Translations under genes and position numbers: made by a program
Source of the DNA: a virus
Direction: 5' to 3' (one strand)
DNA: 26,750 bases
UHGV virus genome: UHGV-1449992
The notes under the pieces: generated by a model
Databases searched by the model: none
What the model was told of the DNA's origin: nothing
What the model saw: the letters and a program-made list of their open reading frames with translations, nothing else
Shown: one piece after another, positions 1 to 8,983 of the stretch
Position numbering within the stretch: position 1 is the first letter of the stretch
Layout: each line of letters begins with the position of its first letter

Positions 1-1
1 G

Positions 2-103
2 CACCATGAATCAACAAAGCAGCGCATCGACAAGCGCGGCACCGTGATCGGCTGCGATGAAAACGGGATGCCACTGGACCCGGCTTCTCATTGGTTTAAG
101 TGA
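2..103 (+). CDS. 3' end (33 codons) of an upstream ORF truncated by the window edge; product unknown (an HNH endonuclease often occupies this position before P27-family terminases, but this fragment alone does not prove it)
   Basis: Frame open from the window start to TGA at 101-103, translating ...HHESTKQRIDKRGTVIGCDENGMPLDPASHWFK*. Confidence 0.3.
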   Translation, partial: HHESTKQRIDKRGTVIGCDENGMPLDPASHWFK

Positions 104-285
104 TAACCATTATCAATACATCCCAAAAGTGATTGTCATTTGAAATCATTAGCATTCAATTGATATCAATTCTTATCTGAAGGGGAGGGGCGGGTCAAAA
201 GTTCAGAACCCTGAACCCAAATGACCGCCGCCCATCCTTTTTGTGCACAACCGCGAAATGAAAAGTTTTTTTCCGGGAGGTTCCG
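104..285. promoter_or_regulatory. Non-coding leader upstream of the small terminase gene; candidate cos/packaging-recognition region with nested dyad symmetry
   Basis: AT-rich stretch with the perfect 14-bp palindrome AATTGATATCAATT and TGATA-N5-TATCA, followed at 187-233 by GGGGCGGGTC..GTTCAG-AACC-CTGAAC..GACCGCCGCCC, a G-rich two-fold symmetric element. The six-frame ORFs here are short and overlapping. Confidence 0.3.
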
Positions 286-750
286 ATGGCAGGACGACGC
301 CCGAAACCGACCCACCTCAAAGTGGTCTCCGGCAACCCGGGCAAACGTAAACTCAACGATAAAGAACCGAGTCCGGCGCGAGAAATTCCAAGCCCGCCGG
401 CGCACCTGACCGACTGGGGAAAGGTTGCCTGGGGAAGGTTGACTGTTCTCCTTGACGGGATGGGGGTGTTGACAGTTGCCGACACCTTAGCCCTTGAACG
501 GCTATGCGATATTTACGCTGATATTCTTCAGTTGCGCGACACCATCGCAGTAGAGGGAAGAACCTATACCGTCCAGACCGAGGGTGGTTTTCTTATCAAA
601 GCTAACCCGGCCGTTTCGATGTTGGCCGATGCCGACCGCCGTTTTAAAAGTTACCTGGTTGAATTCGGTCTGACGCCAGCGGCAAGGACGAAGGTGAAAG
701 TGAATGGCGAAGACCCCGAAGAGGACACGCTCGACAAGTTCTTCGGTTGA
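286..750 (+). CDS. Terminase small subunit, P27 family
   Basis: 154-aa ORF MAGRRPKPTHLKVVSGNPGKRKL... recognised as a phage P27-family small terminase; sits directly upstream of and overlapping the large terminase. Confidence 0.85.
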   Translation: MAGRRPKPTHLKVVSGNPGKRKLNDKEPSPAREIPSPPAHLTDWGKVAWGRLTVLLDGMGVLTVADTLALERLCDIYADILQLRDTIAVEGRTYTVQTEGGFLIKANPAVSMLADADRRFKSYLVEFGLTPAARTKVKVNGEDPEEDTLDKFFG

Positions 751-2440
751 TCCTGCAACCCAATATGCGATGGATGTAACCTCGGGCAAAGAACTGGCTG
801 GTCCTGACATACGTAACTCATGCCAGCGCCACCTTAACGATCTGCAGTCATGTCATGCCCGTGGTCTGCACTGGGATGTTGAGGCGGCGCAACGCTCGAT
901 TGACTATTTTGCGAAAGTTCTGAAGCTCAATGGTGGTGATTTCGAAGGCGAGCCTTTCGTGTTGCTGCCATGGCAGTGCTTCATCGTCGGTTCGATTTTT
1001 GGCTGGAAAAACGCCAGAGGTTTTCGCCGGTTCCGAATGGTCTATGTGGAGTCCGGGAAGGGATCCGGTAAATCCCCTCTGTCTGCGGGTATAGGGCTTT
1101 ACTGTCTCACTGCGGATAAAGAAGCACGCGCTGAAGTTTATGCCGCTGCCACGAAGAAAGACCAGGCAATGGTCCTTTTCCGTGATGCGGTGGCGATGGT
1201 CGATCAGTCTCCAGCTCTTTCCGCACGTATTCAGAAATCAGGTGGTGCCGGGAAGGAATGGAACCTGGCTTTTCTTCAGTCTGGTTCCTTCTTTCGTCCA
1301 ATCAGTTCAGATGACGGACAGTCCGGCCCGCGACCGCATTGTGCTCTTATTGATGAAGTTCACGAGCATAAAAGCAATCAGGTTGTTGAAATGATGCGTG
1401 CCGGTACCAAAGGTCGTCGGCAGGCGCTGATTTTCATGATCACCAACAGTGGGCACGATAAAACGAGCGTCTGCTATGACTATCACGAATACGGCCGAAA
1501 GGTTTCTGCCGGTTCGATAGAAGATGACAGCTTTTTTGCCTTCATTTGTTCTCTGGATGAAGGAGACGATCCTTTCAAGGATGAGTCCTGCTGGAAAAAA
1601 GCTAACCCTTCGCTGGGTCACACCTTTGAAGAAAGCTATCTTCGTGAGCAGGTGACTCAGGCCCGCGGGATGCCTTCGAAAGAGAGCATCGTCAGACGTC
1701 TTAACTTCTGTCAGTGGGTTGACGCGGCTAATCCGTGGATGAGCAGTGATGTCTGGATGGGTTGTGAGGAGAACTTTGATCCAGATGAACTGGAAGGTGA
1801 GGAATGCTATGGTGGTTTAGACCTGTCCGGATCGCGTGATTTGACGGCACTGGCGTTGTTTTTTCCAAAACAACGTAAGTTGCTGGTGGAGTTCTGGACC
1901 CCGAAAGATACGTTACTGGAACGGGCCAAAACGGACCGGGTACCTTATGACGCCTGGGAGCGAGATGGTCACATCCACACCACACCTGGCAAAGCAGTGA
2001 AATACGGCTTTGTTGCCCAGCGCATTGCAGATCTGACTCAGAAGTTTGATATCAAGGCCATCGCCTTCGACCAGTATCGCATTAAATATCTTGAGCCGGA
2101 GCTTGAGGAAGCATCTGTTTCTGTTCCCTTAATCCCTCATGGGCAAGGGTATTACAAAGCGAAAGATTCCGGGCTGTGGATGCCTCACTCCATCGAATTG
2201 TTTGAAGAGTTGCTTGATGACAGCGTCATTATCATCAGGACGAACCCTTGTCTTCGCTGGAATGCGGCTTCAGCAGTGACGGAGGCTGATCAGAAAGAAA
2301 ACCGAATTTTTGCCAAGAAAAAAAGTACCGGGCGTATCGACGGCATTGTAGCGGGCGCTATGGCAATCGGTGCCTCCGAAGGCTATGAGGATGATTCTGG
2401 CGATATCGACGACTTTTTCAGTAATCCCATCATTGTGTGA
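704..2440 (+). CDS. Terminase large subunit (ATPase/nuclease)
   Basis: 578-aa ORF with a P-loop-like YVESGKGSGKSPL motif; position after terS; GAAGGTGA ribosome-binding site upstream of ATG 704. An alternative start at ATG 770 has no ribosome-binding site. Confidence 0.9.
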   Translation: MAKTPKRTRSTSSSVDPATQYAMDVTSGKELAGPDIRNSCQRHLNDLQSCHARGLHWDVEAAQRSIDYFAKVLKLNGGDFEGEPFVLLPWQCFIVGSIFGWKNARGFRRFRMVYVESGKGSGKSPLSAGIGLYCLTADKEARAEVYAAATKKDQAMVLFRDAVAMVDQSPALSARIQKSGGAGKEWNLAFLQSGSFFRPISSDDGQSGPRPHCALIDEVHEHKSNQVVEMMRAGTKGRRQALIFMITNSGHDKTSVCYDYHEYGRKVSAGSIEDDSFFAFICSLDEGDDPFKDESCWKKANPSLGHTFEESYLREQVTQARGMPSKESIVRRLNFCQWVDAANPWMSSDVWMGCEENFDPDELEGEECYGGLDLSGSRDLTALALFFPKQRKLLVEFWTPKDTLLERAKTDRVPYDAWERDGHIHTTPGKAVKYGFVAQRIADLTQKFDIKAIAFDQYRIKYLEPELEEASVSVPLIPHGQGYYKAKDSGLWMPHSIELFEELLDDSVIIIRTNPCLRWNAASAVTEADQKENRIFAKKKSTGRIDGIVAGAMAIGASEGYEDDSGDIDDFFSNPIIV

Positions 2441-2446
2441 GTCACC

Positions 2447-3766
2447 ATGAATAAAGATAAGAAGCCAGGCCGGATAAAAAGCGCCGTTCGCCGGTGGCTC
2501 GGCGTACCCATCTCACTTACAGACGGTGAATTCTGGGCTGCTTATGCTGGTGGGCAGTCCGCAGCAGGCAAATCCGTTACGGTTGATAAAGCCCTGCAGT
2601 TATCGGCAGTGTGGTCATGTGTAAGGCTGTTATCCGAAACCATCGCGACTTTGCCTGTAGGTTTTTACGAAAAAACGGCTGATGGTCGCCAGAGTGCAAA
2701 TGATCACCCGCTTTATGAGCTCCTCCATAATCAGCCGAATGCTGACATGACCGCTGTGGAGTTCTGGGAAATGATCATGGCCAGCCTTCTTTTATGGGGG
2801 AATGCTTACGCGGAAATCGACCGTACCGGAAAGCGTATTACCTCGCTTGTACCGCTCAGGCCAGAAAGGATGAAGGTTGATTTAAGTAGCAGCGGAGATC
2901 CTATTTATACCTACCGTGACTGGCCTTCAGGTACATCCCGAAACATTAATGAACGGGACATCATGCACATCCGTGCGTTCAGCACCAATGGTGTCATGGG
3001 CCTGTCACCTGTCAGTTATGCCCGACAGACACTTGGTCTGGCAATGGCAACAGATGAAGCCAGCGCAAAAGTTTTTAAAAATGGTATGCGGCCCAGTGGC
3101 GTTCTCTCAATGGATCAAATCCTGAAAAAAGAGCAGCGCAATGAAGTACGTGAAAGCATGGTTGAACAATTTTCTGGATCCATGAATACCGGGAAAATGA
3201 TGGTTCTTGAAGCGGGAATGAAGTTTCAGCCAGTTGACCTCAACCCGGAAGACGCCCAGATGCTGCAGTCCAGGGCATTCAATATCGAAGAGATTTGTCG
3301 GTGGTTCAGAGTATGGCCGGGGTTGATTGGACACAGTGCCCAGGGGCAGACAATGTGGGGAAGTGGCGTCGAACAGATGCTGATTGGCTTTTTAACGTTT
3401 TCACTTCGTCCATGGCTTACCCGTATTGAGCAGGCGATTCGTAAAAGCCTCCTGGCTCCGGGAGAAAGAAATAAGTACTTCGCAGAGTTTTCCATCGAAG
3501 GTCTCTTACGTGCCGACAGCGCCGCCCGTGCCGCTTTTTACTCAACGATGACTCAGAACGGTCTGATGACCCGCAATGAAGCACGGCAAAAAGAAAACCT
3601 TCAGCCAAAACCTGGCGCTGACCAACTAACCGTTCAATCCAACCTGCTGCCGATTGATCAGCTTGGTAAGTCCGGCGACAGTGAATCAGCCAAAAACGCA
3701 TTGCGGGAATGGCTTGGCATTAAATCAGAGGAGACGCCGGAATGTACCGGAAAAACGCAGCCATGA
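2447..3766 (+). CDS. Portal protein (HK97 family)
   Basis: 439-aa ORF directly after terL; sequence recognised as a phage portal. Confidence 0.9.
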   Translation: MNKDKKPGRIKSAVRRWLGVPISLTDGEFWAAYAGGQSAAGKSVTVDKALQLSAVWSCVRLLSETIATLPVGFYEKTADGRQSANDHPLYELLHNQPNADMTAVEFWEMIMASLLLWGNAYAEIDRTGKRITSLVPLRPERMKVDLSSSGDPIYTYRDWPSGTSRNINERDIMHIRAFSTNGVMGLSPVSYARQTLGLAMATDEASAKVFKNGMRPSGVLSMDQILKKEQRNEVRESMVEQFSGSMNTGKMMVLEAGMKFQPVDLNPEDAQMLQSRAFNIEEICRWFRVWPGLIGHSAQGQTMWGSGVEQMLIGFLTFSLRPWLTRIEQAIRKSLLAPGERNKYFAEFSIEGLLRADSAARAAFYSTMTQNGLMTRNEARQKENLQPKPGADQLTVQSNLLPIDQLGKSGDSESAKNALREWLGIKSEETPECTGKTQP

Positions 3767-4362
3767 AAGTAAAGGCATTCGACTTCGACATTAAGGCCGT
3801 CAACGATGACGGCCTTTTTTCTGGGTACGGTTCTGTCTTCGATGTGGTGGATAGCTACAACGAAGTCGTGGCGCCGGGTGCTTTCCTCGAAAGTATCGAG
3901 GAAACACGGGCGAAGGGGAGAACGTTCCCGGTTCTCTGGCAGCATCGCACCGGCGAACCCATCGGGAACTGGGACATCTCGACCCTGAAAGAAGATAAAC
4001 ATGGGCTTTTTGGTGAAGGGGCCCTGTGGCTTGAAGACGCGGCCTACGCGAAAACCGCCTGGCGGGGCATGAAAACCCGTGCCATTACCGGCCTTTCCAT
4101 TGGCTATTACGTCCGTGAGTCAAATTACGATGAGAAAACCCGGATCCGCACCTTAACGAAGCTCGACCTGGTTGAAATCTCCATTGTTACCGTGCCGGCC
4201 AATGATGATGCGCGTATTGACGTCATTAAGTCGAAGCTGTCACACGGTGATCTTCCTTCCTTACCTGAATTTGAGAAGTTCCTGCGAGAGGCAGGTTTCT
4301 CGAAAAGTCAGTCCGCCGCGGTCGCCTCCCGCGGACTGTCCTATCTTCTTTACCGGAGTTAG
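3742..4362 (+). CDS. Prohead maturation protease (HK97 family); ends at an in-frame TAG that is followed by 28 more sense codons in the same frame
   Basis: 206-aa ORF MYRKNAAMKVKAFDFDIKAVNDDGLFSGYGSVFDVVDSYNEVVAPGAF... typical of HK97-family prohead proteases; GAGGAGA ribosome-binding site before ATG 3742; 3' overlap with the portal gene. Confidence 0.85.
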   Translation: MYRKNAAMKVKAFDFDIKAVNDDGLFSGYGSVFDVVDSYNEVVAPGAFLESIEETRAKGRTFPVLWQHRTGEPIGNWDISTLKEDKHGLFGEGALWLEDAAYAKTAWRGMKTRAITGLSIGYYVRESNYDEKTRIRTLTKLDLVEISIVTVPANDDARIDVIKSKLSHGDLPSLPEFEKFLREAGFSKSQSAAVASRGLSYLLYRS

Positions 4363-4458
4363 TCCGGGGGCGAAGACGGCGAAACCAAAGCGGCTATTGC
4401 GGCGATGCGCCAGCAACTGAGCCAGTTTTCTCTCCCAAAAATTCTCTAAGGGATTTAT

Positions 4459-5679
4459 ATGTACCAGAAAAAATCGGCTGACGATCAGCCACAAAGTATT
4501 GGCGAAATCTCCTCCCAGCTCACCATGGTGATTGATCAGGTCAAAAACTTCGGCGAAGACGTGAAGAGAAAAATGGAGGCAGGAGAAACCGTTTCGCTGG
4601 AACTGAAACAAAGAACGGACGAAAGCCTTAATCAGATGAACGAGCTGAAAGAACGTCTCACTGAGCTGGAGCAAAAAGGTGCACGCCGCCCGAACGATGC
4701 ACCTGCACAGCGAAAATCGCTCGGTGAGCTGGTGGTCGAAAGTGAAGAGTTCAAAGGCATGGACAGTTCGGCCCGTAAGAGCATCCGCGTCAAGCTGGAA
4801 CAGAAAGATATTATGAACGTGCCGGCGACTACGGGCACTGGCGTGAGCGCAACCAACAGTCTGGTGGTCTCCGATCGTGTTCAGGGCATTATCGCCCTGC
4901 CGGAACGCACTCTGACCATCCGTAATCTGCTGATCCCCGGCAATACCGAATCTAACGGTATTGAATTCGTTCAGGAAACGGGGTTTACCAATAATGCTGC
5001 AGCTGTGGCGGAAGGTGTCCTGAAGCCAAAATCAGACATTAAGTTTGAGCTGAAAAGTGCGCCGGTACGTACCATTGCGCATTATTTTAAAGCGTCCCGT
5101 CAGATCCTGGACGATGCGCCCGGTCTGGCCAGTTATATCGATGGCCGTGCTCAGTATGGTCTTCGCTTTAAAGAGGAGCAGCAGTTGCTGAGCGGCGATG
5201 GCACCGGCGCGAATATCCTCGGTATTCTGCCGCAGGCAACAGAATTTGCTCCAGCGCTTACCCTGTCCAACGCCACGCCGATCGACCGTCTTCGTCTGGC
5301 TGTTCTGCAGGCTGTTCTTGCAGAATATCCGGCGTCTGGTTTTGTACTGAACCCTATTGACTGGGCAGGCATCGAGTTAACCAAAGATAACGAAGGCCGC
5401 TACATCATTGCGCAGCCGGTCAATGGTGGTGTTCCACGGATCTGGGGTCTTCCTGTTGTGGAAACTCAGGCTATGGCGCAGAACAACTTTCTGACTGGAG
5501 CCTTCAACATGGCTGCGCAAATCTTCGATCGCATGGATATCGAAGTGCTGCTCTCCACTGAGAACGAAGATGACTTTATTAAAAACATGGTCACCATTCG
5601 TGCGGAAGAGCGTCTGGCGTTAGCAGTTTATCGTCCGGAAGCATTTGTCACCGGTAATGTAACCGCTTCTGGCGGCTGA
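4459..5679 (+). CDS. Major capsid protein (HK97 fold) with N-terminal coiled-coil delta/scaffold domain
   Basis: 406-aa ORF; N-terminal coiled-coil ELKQRTDESLNQMNELKERLTELEQK followed by a capsid-like body; AAGGGA ribosome-binding site; position after the protease. Confidence 0.9.
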   Translation: MYQKKSADDQPQSIGEISSQLTMVIDQVKNFGEDVKRKMEAGETVSLELKQRTDESLNQMNELKERLTELEQKGARRPNDAPAQRKSLGELVVESEEFKGMDSSARKSIRVKLEQKDIMNVPATTGTGVSATNSLVVSDRVQGIIALPERTLTIRNLLIPGNTESNGIEFVQETGFTNNAAAVAEGVLKPKSDIKFELKSAPVRTIAHYFKASRQILDDAPGLASYIDGRAQYGLRFKEEQQLLSGDGTGANILGILPQATEFAPALTLSNATPIDRLRLAVLQAVLAEYPASGFVLNPIDWAGIELTKDNEGRYIIAQPVNGGVPRIWGLPVVETQAMAQNNFLTGAFNMAAQIFDRMDIEVLLSTENEDDFIKNMVTIRAEERLALAVYRPEAFVTGNVTASGG

Positions 5680-5686
5680 CAATTCA

Positions 5687-5710
5687 GGGCCGCTTAGCGG
5701 CCCTCTCTTT
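5687..5710 (+). terminator. Rho-independent terminator/attenuator downstream of the capsid gene
   Basis: GGGCCGC-TTA-GCGGCCC 7-bp GC-rich stem followed by a T-rich run, 8 nt after the capsid stop codon. Confidence 0.5.
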
Positions 5711-5721
5711 CTGAGGAGATT

Positions 5722-5979
5722 GTGATGGCCAGAAAAAATGTGGATGAACCGTCTGTATTCGACGGTAAAAATGCGGCGCCAGAACCCACTGAGGCCGGGA
5801 CTATTCAGGTTCAGCCTGTCCGGCGTTTTATGGATGGCGATATTTTCAGGACGCCCGCCGATGATCCTTTTCATGTCTCTCGCTTACGTGCTGCCGAGCT
5901 CAAAGGTAACGGGCTGGTGACGATAGTTGGTGAAGTCCCTGATAACAAAATGAACCGCGCCCCCGAAACCAAAGGGTAA
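5722..5979 (+). CDS. Hypothetical phage head-associated protein (85 aa)
   Basis: ORF between capsid and connector genes, same strand, tightly packed; no family recognised. Confidence 0.45.
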   Translation: MMARKNVDEPSVFDGKNAAPEPTEAGTIQVQPVRRFMDGDIFRTPADDPFHVSRLRAAELKGNGLVTIVGEVPDNKMNRAPETKG

Positions 5980-6317
5980 TGGTTATGACGGTAATCAACA
6001 CTGAAACAGCCATGGAACATCTCAGGCTGGATGATGAAATCGATAAAACGATGGTGGAGGGGTATCTTGCCGCTGCGGAGGATGCTGCTATGCAGTTTCT
6101 TAACCGACGCTTTTTTGCTGACCAGGCTGCTCTGGATAGTGCTGTTGAGAATGAAAGTGCCGGCGATCGTCCGCTTATCATCACGCCCTCCATTCAGAGC
6201 GCGGTTCTTCTTATAGTGGGCTGGTTGTATGAAAACCGCGGGGATGATCTGAGTCCTGATATCCCAGGACCCGCACGCTGGTTGCTGAATCCCTGGCGAA
6301 TTCAAATGGGTGTTTAG
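5979..6317 (+). CDS. Head-tail connector protein (gp6-like)
   Basis: 112-aa ORF (M)VMTVINTETAMEHLRLDDEIDKTMVEGYLAAAEDAA... resembles gp6-like head-tail connectors; synteny. Confidence 0.7.
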   Translation: MVMTVINTETAMEHLRLDDEIDKTMVEGYLAAAEDAAMQFLNRRFFADQAALDSAVENESAGDRPLIITPSIQSAVLLIVGWLYENRGDDLSPDIPGPARWLLNPWRIQMGV

Positions 6318-6326
6318 CCGGAGGGG

Positions 6327-6668
6327 ATGATGAAAATTGGACCAATGCGGCATCGGATCACCATCCGAAATTTTATTGCTACGCGAACACCGAGTGGTCA
6401 GCCAACAGAAGAGTGGTCTGACGGCGCCACTATCTGGGCAGAGGTAAAGGGAATCAGTGGACGAGAGAACCTGACAGCAGGAGCAGAAAGGGCAGATGCT
6501 ACAGTTCGTGTCTGGGTTCGATATCGCAAAGATATTTCGGCATCATCGCGACTTCTTGTCCTGAACGGCCCCTACAAAGGAGTGACATTGAATGTCACCG
6601 GGCCTCCGGTGCCAGATAGCAAAGGTACCCGGCTGGAAATTCTCTGCAAACAGGGGACCGAAAAATGA
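6327..6668 (+). CDS. Head closure / head-tail adaptor protein
   Basis: 113-aa ORF MMKIGPMRHRITIRNFIATRTPSGQPTEEWSDGATIWAEVKG... matches the phage head-tail joining family pattern; synteny. Confidence 0.7.
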   Translation: MMKIGPMRHRITIRNFIATRTPSGQPTEEWSDGATIWAEVKGISGRENLTAGAERADATVRVWVRYRKDISASSRLLVLNGPYKGVTLNVTGPPVPDSKGTRLEILCKQGTEK

Positions 6669-7114
6669 TTGATGTGAATCTGGATTTTTCCGGCTTAGAG
6701 GATATCGCCCGAGACCTGCAAATCCTCAGCAAAGCCGAAAACAACAAAGTCCTCCGGGACTCTACTCGGGCCGGGGCTGAAGTCCTCCGGCAGGAAGTGA
6801 TTGATCGGGCTCCTGAGCAAAGCGGAAAACTGAAGAAAAACGTTGTTGTCGTCACCCAGAAAAGCCGTCGCCGTGGGGAAATCGCATCGGGGGTCCATAT
6901 TCGTGGCGTTAACCCGCGAACGGGGAACAGCGACAACACCATGAAGGCCAGCAACAAGCGGAATGCTTTCTACTGGCGCTTCGTGGAGCTGGGAACATCT
7001 ACGGCCCCGGCACATCCTTTTGTTCGCCCCGCTTTTGATACCCGACAGGAAGAGGCCGCAAAGGTAGCGATGGAGAGAATGAACAAGGCGATCGATGAGG
7101 TGCTGGCGAAATGA
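6665..7114 (+). CDS. HK97 gp10-family tail-completion protein
   Basis: 149-aa ORF; 4-nt overlap with the upstream gene; recognised as HK97 gp10-like. Confidence 0.65.
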   Translation: MIDVNLDFSGLEDIARDLQILSKAENNKVLRDSTRAGAEVLRQEVIDRAPEQSGKLKKNVVVVTQKSRRRGEIASGVHIRGVNPRTGNSDNTMKASNKRNAFYWRFVELGTSTAPAHPFVRPAFDTRQEEAAKVAMERMNKAIDEVLAK

Positions 7115-7458
7115 CAGAGGATGATATCTATACCCTGCTGTCGCCGCTGGCAGATGGGCGGGTTTATCCGTATGTGGTGCCGCTTGGCAGCGACGATTTA
7201 CCCGCAGTGGCCGCTCCTTACATTATTTTCTCGATACCGACTGATGTTGCCGGGGATGTTTTCTGTGGGCAGGCCGAATCGACGCTGCACATTCAGGTAG
7301 ACGTGTGGGCAGAAACTAACGATGAGGCCAGGGCGTTGCGGCTTGAGGCCCTTTCCCGGCTGGAAGTGCTTTCACCTACCGAAGTAACCAAAATCCCCGG
7401 CTACGACACTACAACCCACTTGCATCGGGCAACGCTCGAAATAACGGTCATTGCCTGA
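7111..7458 (+). CDS. Tail terminator-like protein (DUF3168-like)
   Basis: 115-aa ORF with start overlapping the previous stop; position immediately before the major tail protein. Confidence 0.55.
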   Translation: MTEDDIYTLLSPLADGRVYPYVVPLGSDDLPAVAAPYIIFSIPTDVAGDVFCGQAESTLHIQVDVWAETNDEARALRLEALSRLEVLSPTEVTKIPGYDTTTHLHRATLEITVIA

Positions 7459-7477
7459 CTGGAACCAATCCAATCTG

Positions 7478-7497
7478 ACCGCCGCTGGCGGTTTTTT
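7478..7497 (+). terminator. Rho-independent terminator between tail terminator gene and major tail gene
   Basis: ACCGCC-GCT-GGCGGT hairpin followed by TTTTTT. Confidence 0.6.
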
Positions 7498-7514
7498 CAT
7501 TTATGGAGGCTGCA

Positions 7515-8225
7515 ATGTCAGCACTATTTGAACGCGCCCAAAAAACGGTAGTAATGATTACATCAGTGCCGGTCACTGCGGAAGAACTGGCATCAGCGAC
7601 CTGGCTCAACCTGAGTTGTACCATTAAACAGGCCAGCTTTACCGCTGGTCAGAAAAACGATATTGACGTGACAACGCTCTGCTCCGAAGAAACGGAGAAT
7701 ATCAACGGACTCCCGGCACCGTCTGAGATGTCTCTCTCCGGTAACTTCTACCGCAACCCGGCGCAGGATGCACTTCGTGCAGCATACGATAACGACGGCG
7801 TTTATGGATTTAAGGTTATTTTCCCGTCCGGAAATGGGTTCCTGATGCGTGCTGAGGTGCGTCAGCACACCTGGGATTCACAGGCAAATAGCGTTGTTGC
7901 TGCGACTTTCTCCCTTCGTCTGAAGGGTAAGCTGAGCAATATCGATGCCTCCGGCATCCTTGCATTTAGTAGCGATCTGCCAGTCACTGAATCAGTTACT
8001 GCCGGGAGTCCACTTTCCTTAAGTGTGGTGGCTACAGGTGGTAAAGCTCCATATACCTACGTATGGAAAAAAGGTTCGTCAACCATCAGCGGGCAGACCA
8101 GCGCAACGTTTAATAAGGCCAGTGCAGTTTCTGGTGATGCCGGTGTTTACTCCTGTGTAGTCACTGACTCTGCCACTCCGGCGAACGTTATCACCTCATC
8201 TGACTGCACCATCACCATCAGTTAA
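7515..8225 (+). CDS. Major tail protein with C-terminal Ig-like (Big_2-type) domain
   Basis: GGAGG ribosome-binding site before ATG 7515 (the six-frame ORF starts at 7503); C-terminal region ...SGDAGVYSCVVTDSATPANVITSSDCTITIS is Ig-like; position before the G/T pair. Confidence 0.8.
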   Translation: MSALFERAQKTVVMITSVPVTAEELASATWLNLSCTIKQASFTAGQKNDIDVTTLCSEETENINGLPAPSEMSLSGNFYRNPAQDALRAAYDNDGVYGFKVIFPSGNGFLMRAEVRQHTWDSQANSVVAATFSLRLKGKLSNIDASGILAFSSDLPVTESVTAGSPLSLSVVATGGKAPYTYVWKKGSSTISGQTSATFNKASAVSGDAGVYSCVVTDSATPANVITSSDCTITIS

Positions 8226-8255
8226 TGGAGCGCCGGGAAACCGGCGATAAACTTA

Positions 8256-8660
8256 ATGTCAAAACAGAATCTTAAAGCGCTGGCGCTGGCCCCGATGGCG
8301 GGTTTTCGTAAAAAAGAAGTCACCGTTCCGGAATGGGAAAACGCCAAAGTTATCATTCGTGAACCATCGGCTGAGGCCTGGATTCGCTGGCAGGGGATTG
8401 CCAGCCCGGAACAACCAAAACTACCGGAAGGGCAGGAAGCGCCAGAGGTGCCAGAACTGACCCCTTCAGAACGCGCGTTCCGCACGATGCGGGCAGATGT
8501 CACACTCTTCATTGATATTCTGCTGGATACCGACCTGCAGTACGTTTTCACCGTCGATGATACCGAACAGGTTGAAGCAATTTATGGCCCTGTCCATTCC
8601 CGGTTGCTGAAACAGGCGCTTGATCTCATTCGTGATGCGGATGATGCCAAAGCAAAGTAA
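8256..8660 (+). CDS. Tail assembly chaperone (lambda gpG analogue)
   Basis: 134-aa acidic ORF immediately before the tape-measure region, followed by an overlapping -1 frame ORF. Confidence 0.7.
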   Translation: MSKQNLKALALAPMAGFRKKEVTVPEWENAKVIIREPSAEAWIRWQGIASPEQPKLPEGQEAPEVPELTPSERAFRTMRADVTLFIDILLDTDLQYVFTVDDTEQVEAIYGPVHSRLLKQALDLIRDADDAKAK

Positions 8661-8968
8661 AAATGCCTGGCATGCAGTTCCTGATGGCGCTGGCGCTCCG
8701 GATGGGACGCACGCTGGGCGAACTGCGACAAACCATGACGGTTGGCGAATTCAGAATGTGGGCTGAATACGACCGTATCAGCCCGATCGGTGATATCCGT
8801 GGCGATATTCTCAATGCCCAGCTGGTTTCAGCGATGTACGGGGCGCAGGGCGGTAAAGTCACCATCGAAGATGCTCAACTCAAGTGGAGCACAGAAGAGG
8901 ATGAGGTAATCGACAGTGGCGATCCATTTGCCGGATTAGAGGCCGCTTTGCTCGCAGCATCGGAATAA
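8645..8968 (+). CDS. Tail assembly protein T-like extension, likely expressed as a G-T fusion by -1 programmed frameshift
   Basis: The -1 frame relative to G is open from 8645 to TAA at 8966-8968 and overlaps the last 5 codons of G; the A-rich sequence GCC AAA GCA AAG TAA AAA sits at the end of G. Translation ...MTVGEFRMWAEYDRISPIGDIRGDILNAQL... is gpT-like. Confidence 0.6.
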   Translation, partial: CQSKVKMPGMQFLMALALRMGRTLGELRQTMTVGEFRMWAEYDRISPIGDIRGDILNAQLVSAMYGAQGGKVTIEDAQLKWSTEEDEVIDSGDPFAGLEAALLAASE

Positions 8969-8983
8969 AATTGAATCGTCTCC

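Noticed and set aside
166-485. Short overlapping ORFs on both strands in the terS leader (79, 96 and 62 aa)
   Set aside because: They overlap each other and the start of terS, have no ribosome-binding site, and lie in a region better explained as a non-coding cos/packaging leader.
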